64,000 nucleotides of DNA from Actinomycetota bacterium. Its GTDB lineage: Bacteria > Actinomycetota > UBA4738. The position numbers and the translations under genes are program-made. Below are positions 61,718-64,000 of the stretch, piece by piece; the first letter of the stretch is position 1, and the number at the start of each line of letters is the position of its first letter. The DNA lies in the NCBI GenBank assembly GCA_035573915.1, contig DATLZQ010000019.1:1573-65572 (forward strand). Reading direction: 5' to 3'. The notes under the pieces were generated by a model. It ran no database searches. It was not told the DNA's origin and saw only the letters and a program-made list of their open reading frames with translations.

Positions 61718-62773
61718 TCAGCCGGCCGACGCCCCGGCGGGCTCGCCCCCCACCTCCTCCACGGTCACCACCTGGCCGTCGCCCAGCGAGTCAAGGCCCA
61801 CGGCCTCCCGGATCCTCCGCTCGATCTCCCGGGCCACGTCCTGGTGCTCGGCCAGGAACTGCTTGGCGTTCTCCCGGCCCTGGCCGAGCTGCTCCCCCTC
61901 GTAGGTGAACCAGGCCCCGCTCTTCTTGATGACCTCGGTGGCCACCCCGACGTCGAGGAGGCTGCCCTCCTTCGAGATGCCCTTGCCGTAGATGATGTCG
62001 AACTCGGCCTGGCGGAAGGGCGGGGCCAGCTTGTTCTTCACCACCTTGACCCGGACCCGGGAGCCGATGACCTCGTTGCCGTCCTTCAGGTTGTCCACCT
62101 TGCGGACGTCCAGGCGCACCGAGGAGTAGAACTTGAGGGCCCGACCCCCGGGGGTGGTCTCGGGGTTGCCGAACATCACCCCGATCTTCTCCCGGAGCTG
62201 GTTGATGAACAGGGCCGTGGTGTCGAACCGCGACAACGACCCGGCCAGCTTCCGCATGGCCTGGGACATGAGGCGGGCCTGGAGCCCCACGTAGGAGTCG
62301 CCCATCTCCCCCTCGATCTCCGCCCTGGGCACCAGGGCGGCCACGGAGTCCACGACCACGATGTCGATGGCCCCCGAGCGGACCATGAGGTCGGCGATCT
62401 CCAGGGCCTGCTCCCCGTTGTCGGGCTGGGAGACCAGGAGCTCGTCGATGTTCACCCCCACCGCCCGGGCGTAGGTGGGGTCCAGGGCGTGCTCGGCGTC
62501 GATGAACACGGCGATCCCGCCCTGCTTCTGGGCCTCGGCGATGATGTGCAGGCAGACCGTGGTCTTGCCCGACCCCTCCGGGCCGAAGACCTCCACGATC
62601 CGGCCCCTGGGGATGCCCCCGATCCCCAGGGCCAAGTCCAGGGCCAGCGAGCCCGTGGGGATCACCGAGACCCCCTGGGCGGCGGCGTGCTCCCCGAGCC
62701 GCATCACCGTGCCCTTCCCGAACTGCTTCTCGATCTGGGTGAGGGCCATGCCAAGCATCTTCTCCCGGTCCAT
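61718..62773 (-). CDS. recA: Recombinase RecA
   Basis: The translation [18 protein letters not shown]...GPEGSGKTT...[10 protein letters not shown]...[10 protein letters not shown] is canonical. Start ATG 62773 (MDREKML). The upstream 33 codons of the ORF are not used. Confidence 0.95.
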   Translation of the reverse strand: MDREKMLGMALTQIEKQFGKGTVMRLGEHAAAQGVSVIPTGSLALDLALGIGGIPRGRIVEVFGPEGSGKTTVCLHIIAEAQKQGGIAVFIDAEHALDPTYARAVGVNIDELLVSQPDNGEQALEIADLMVRSGAIDIVVVDSVAALVPRAEIEGEMGDSYVGLQARLMSQAMRKLAGSLSRFDTTALFINQLREKIGVMFGNPETTPGGRALKFYSSVRLDVRKVDNLKDGNEVIGSRVRVKVVKNKLAPPFRQAEFDIIYGKGISKEGSLLDVGVATEVIKKSGAWFTYEGEQLGQGRENAKQFLAEHQDVAREIERRIREAVGLDSLGDGQVVTVEEVGGEPAGASAG

Positions 62774-62905
62774 GCCAGCGACCTCCTCGACCGCTCCCGC
62801 GCCGGCCGCCCGCCCGCCGCGGTCGGCCCCGACGGCGCCCCGACGCCCCGGAACCTTACCGGCCGGCTCCCACATAAATTACACCTCTGTAAGTCACCGG
62901 TCCCA

Positions 62906-62934
62906 AGGATAGCCGAACGCGTGTTCGTATTCAA
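62906..62934 (-). promoter_or_regulatory. recA promoter with embedded LexA box: -35 TTGAAT (62934-62929), SOS box CGAACGCGTGTTCG (62914-62927), -10 TATCCT (62911-62906)
   Basis: Read on the minus strand: TTGAAT-acgaacacgcgttcggc-TATCCT with a 17-nt spacer. The perfect CGAAC-N4-GTTCG palindrome occupies the spacer. Confidence 0.7.
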
Positions 62935-62973
62935 GGGCCGGCGCCCGAACCGGCGCCCCTGGAAGCCGCGTCC

Positions 62974-63570
62974 TTACCCCTCCCCCAGCGGCACGGCGTG
63001 GAGCGGCTCGTAGCGGGCCCCGGCAGGCGAGAGGTGGCTCCGGTAGAGGACCAGGCGGTCCACGGCGAAGGGCTCGGAGTCCACCCTGAGCCCCAGGAGC
63101 TCGGGCGCCGCCGCCCGCAGGTCCACCGGGGGGTCGACCCTGGCCAGCGTGAGGTGAGGGGTGAAGGCCCGCTTCTCCACCCGGAAGTGAGCGGCCAGGA
63201 GCTCGTCCAGGGCCCGGACCAGCGGCCCGAACCGCCCCTCCGAGTCGGCCAGCCCGGCCCAGATGACCCGGGCCCGGCCGGGGCCGGGGAAGACCCCCAC
63301 CTCCGTGAGGCGCGTCTCGAAGGGGGCGGCGCCGCCCGCGGCTTTCCGCAGGGCCTCCTTGACCTCCTCGAGCAGCCGGGGCCAGGTGCTCCCCAGGAAC
63401 TTGAGGGTGACGTGCCAGCCCTCCGGCCTGGTCCACCGGGCCCCCGGGACTCGGCCCCGGAAGGGCTCCACGGTCCTGGCCAGCCCGCGCCTCACGGCCT
63501 CGGGGACGTCGACGGCCACGAACAGCCGCAGGGGCGCGGCCTCGGGGCGGGCGGCGCGGTCCCGGGCCAC
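62974..63570 (-). CDS. thpR: RNA 2',3'-cyclic phosphodiesterase (2H phosphoesterase, ThpR/LigT)
   Basis: Two H-x-T/S-x motifs (WHVTLKFLG and PHLTLARV), 198 aa. Confidence 0.75.
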   Translation of the reverse strand: MARDRAARPEAAPLRLFVAVDVPEAVRRGLARTVEPFRGRVPGARWTRPEGWHVTLKFLGSTWPRLLEEVKEALRKAAGGAAPFETRLTEVGVFPGPGRARVIWAGLADSEGRFGPLVRALDELLAAHFRVEKRAFTPHLTLARVDPPVDLRAAAPELLGLRVDSEPFAVDRLVLYRSHLSPAGARYEPLHAVPLGEG

Positions 63571-63573
63571 CCG

Positions 63574-64000
63574 TCAGGGCGCCGCCACCGGGGCCGGCGG
63601 GGCGGCCCCAGGGGCGGAGTCGGGGAGCCCGGCCAGGTGGCGGCGGAGGAGGTCCAGGGCCAGCTGCTCGGCCCACCGCCGGACCTGGGCCCGGTCCCCG
63701 GGGGCCACGAACGACCGAGAGCGGGCCTCCCCCTCGCCCACCACCGCGGCGCAGACCGTACCGGGGGCCCGGCCCCCGTGCGGCTCGGGCCCGGCCACGC
63801 CCGTGACCCCTACCCCCACGCCGGCCCCGAACAGCCGGCGGGCCCCCTCGGCCATCTCCCGGGCCGTCTGCTCGCTCACCGGCCCGAACCGGGCCAGGGT
63901 CTCCTCGCTCACCCCCAGCACGGCCCGTTTGGCCTCGGCCGTGTAGCACACGGCGGAGCCCCGGAAATAGGCGGAGGCGCCGGGGACGTTCGTGATGCGC
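63574..64000 (-). CDS. cinA: CinA-family protein, C-terminal (PncC-like nicotinamide-nucleotide amidohydrolase) domain; 5' end outside window
   Basis: ...CYTAEAKRAVLGVSEETLARFGPVSEQTAREMAEGARRLFGA... The ORF is open to the window edge. Confidence 0.7.
   Translation of the reverse strand, partial: RITNVPGASAYFRGSAVCYTAEAKRAVLGVSEETLARFGPVSEQTAREMAEGARRLFGAGVGVGVTGVAGPEPHGGRAPGTVCAAVVGEGEARSRSFVAPGDRAQVRRWAEQLALDLLRRHLAGLPDSAPGAAPPAPVAAP

Overview
This 64-kb window is a high-GC (about 70%) actinobacterial-type chromosomal segment made up almost entirely of housekeeping and physiological operons. I found no integrase, transposase, CRISPR array or phage structural gene.

The largest unit is a roughly 13-kb minus-strand operon at 27131-39876 for an actinobacterial high-affinity (group 1h/5, Hhy-type) [NiFe]-hydrogenase. 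It comprises:
- small and large subunits (the large subunit has the diagnostic L1 motif TSRICGICGDNH and L2 motif DPCLPCGVH);
- the HupD-type endopeptidase;
- a NifU-like protein;
- three conserved hypotheticals;
- YceI;
- hypA, hypC, hypD, hypE, and a divergent hypF.
These genes are chained by GTGA/ATGA start-stop overlaps.

Other recognisable genes:
- rpmB, thiD-thiL, dodecin, pckA.
- A fused ABC transporter and a vapBC toxin-antitoxin pair.
- ddl and a metB-like gene; tdh-kbl.
- F420-related cofC and an LLM-class oxidoreductase.
- A two-gene ABC-2 exporter, HU, and two plsC paralogs.
- nrdR-nrdJ, dut, mgtC, lexA, hflX, dapL-dapF, miaA-miaB, rny, recX-recA, thpR and a partial cinA.
- Three tRNAs: Gln-CTG, Cys-GCA and Gly-GCC.

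Regulatory sites I can support directly:
- SOS boxes of the CGAAC-N4-GTTCG type, upstream of lexA and inside the recA promoter.
- Repeated CACA-N4-TGTG palindromes upstream of nrdJ.
- TGTCCGG repeats next to a clear -10 hexamer (TATATT) for the hydrogenase operon.

The unusual items are:
- A decaying ECF sigma/anti-sigma pair carrying a perfect 20-bp tandem duplication plus further frameshifts.
- An HtrA protease broken at a C7 homopolymer.
- An 800-bp repeat-rich region with ambiguous coding on both strands (22940-23750).
- Non-canonical accessory genes at the head of the hydrogenase operon (two SIS-domain proteins and a HypC-like protein without the N-terminal Cys), an E/R-rich in-frame extension on HypE, and no hypB anywhere in the window.
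- A divergent HATPase-HTH fusion regulator translationally coupled to ygfZ.

If there is a genuinely novel system here, the best candidates are the accessory part of the hydrogenase locus with its divergent regulator, and the repeat-rich locus at 22.9-23.7 kb. I cannot confirm novelty from sequence alone.
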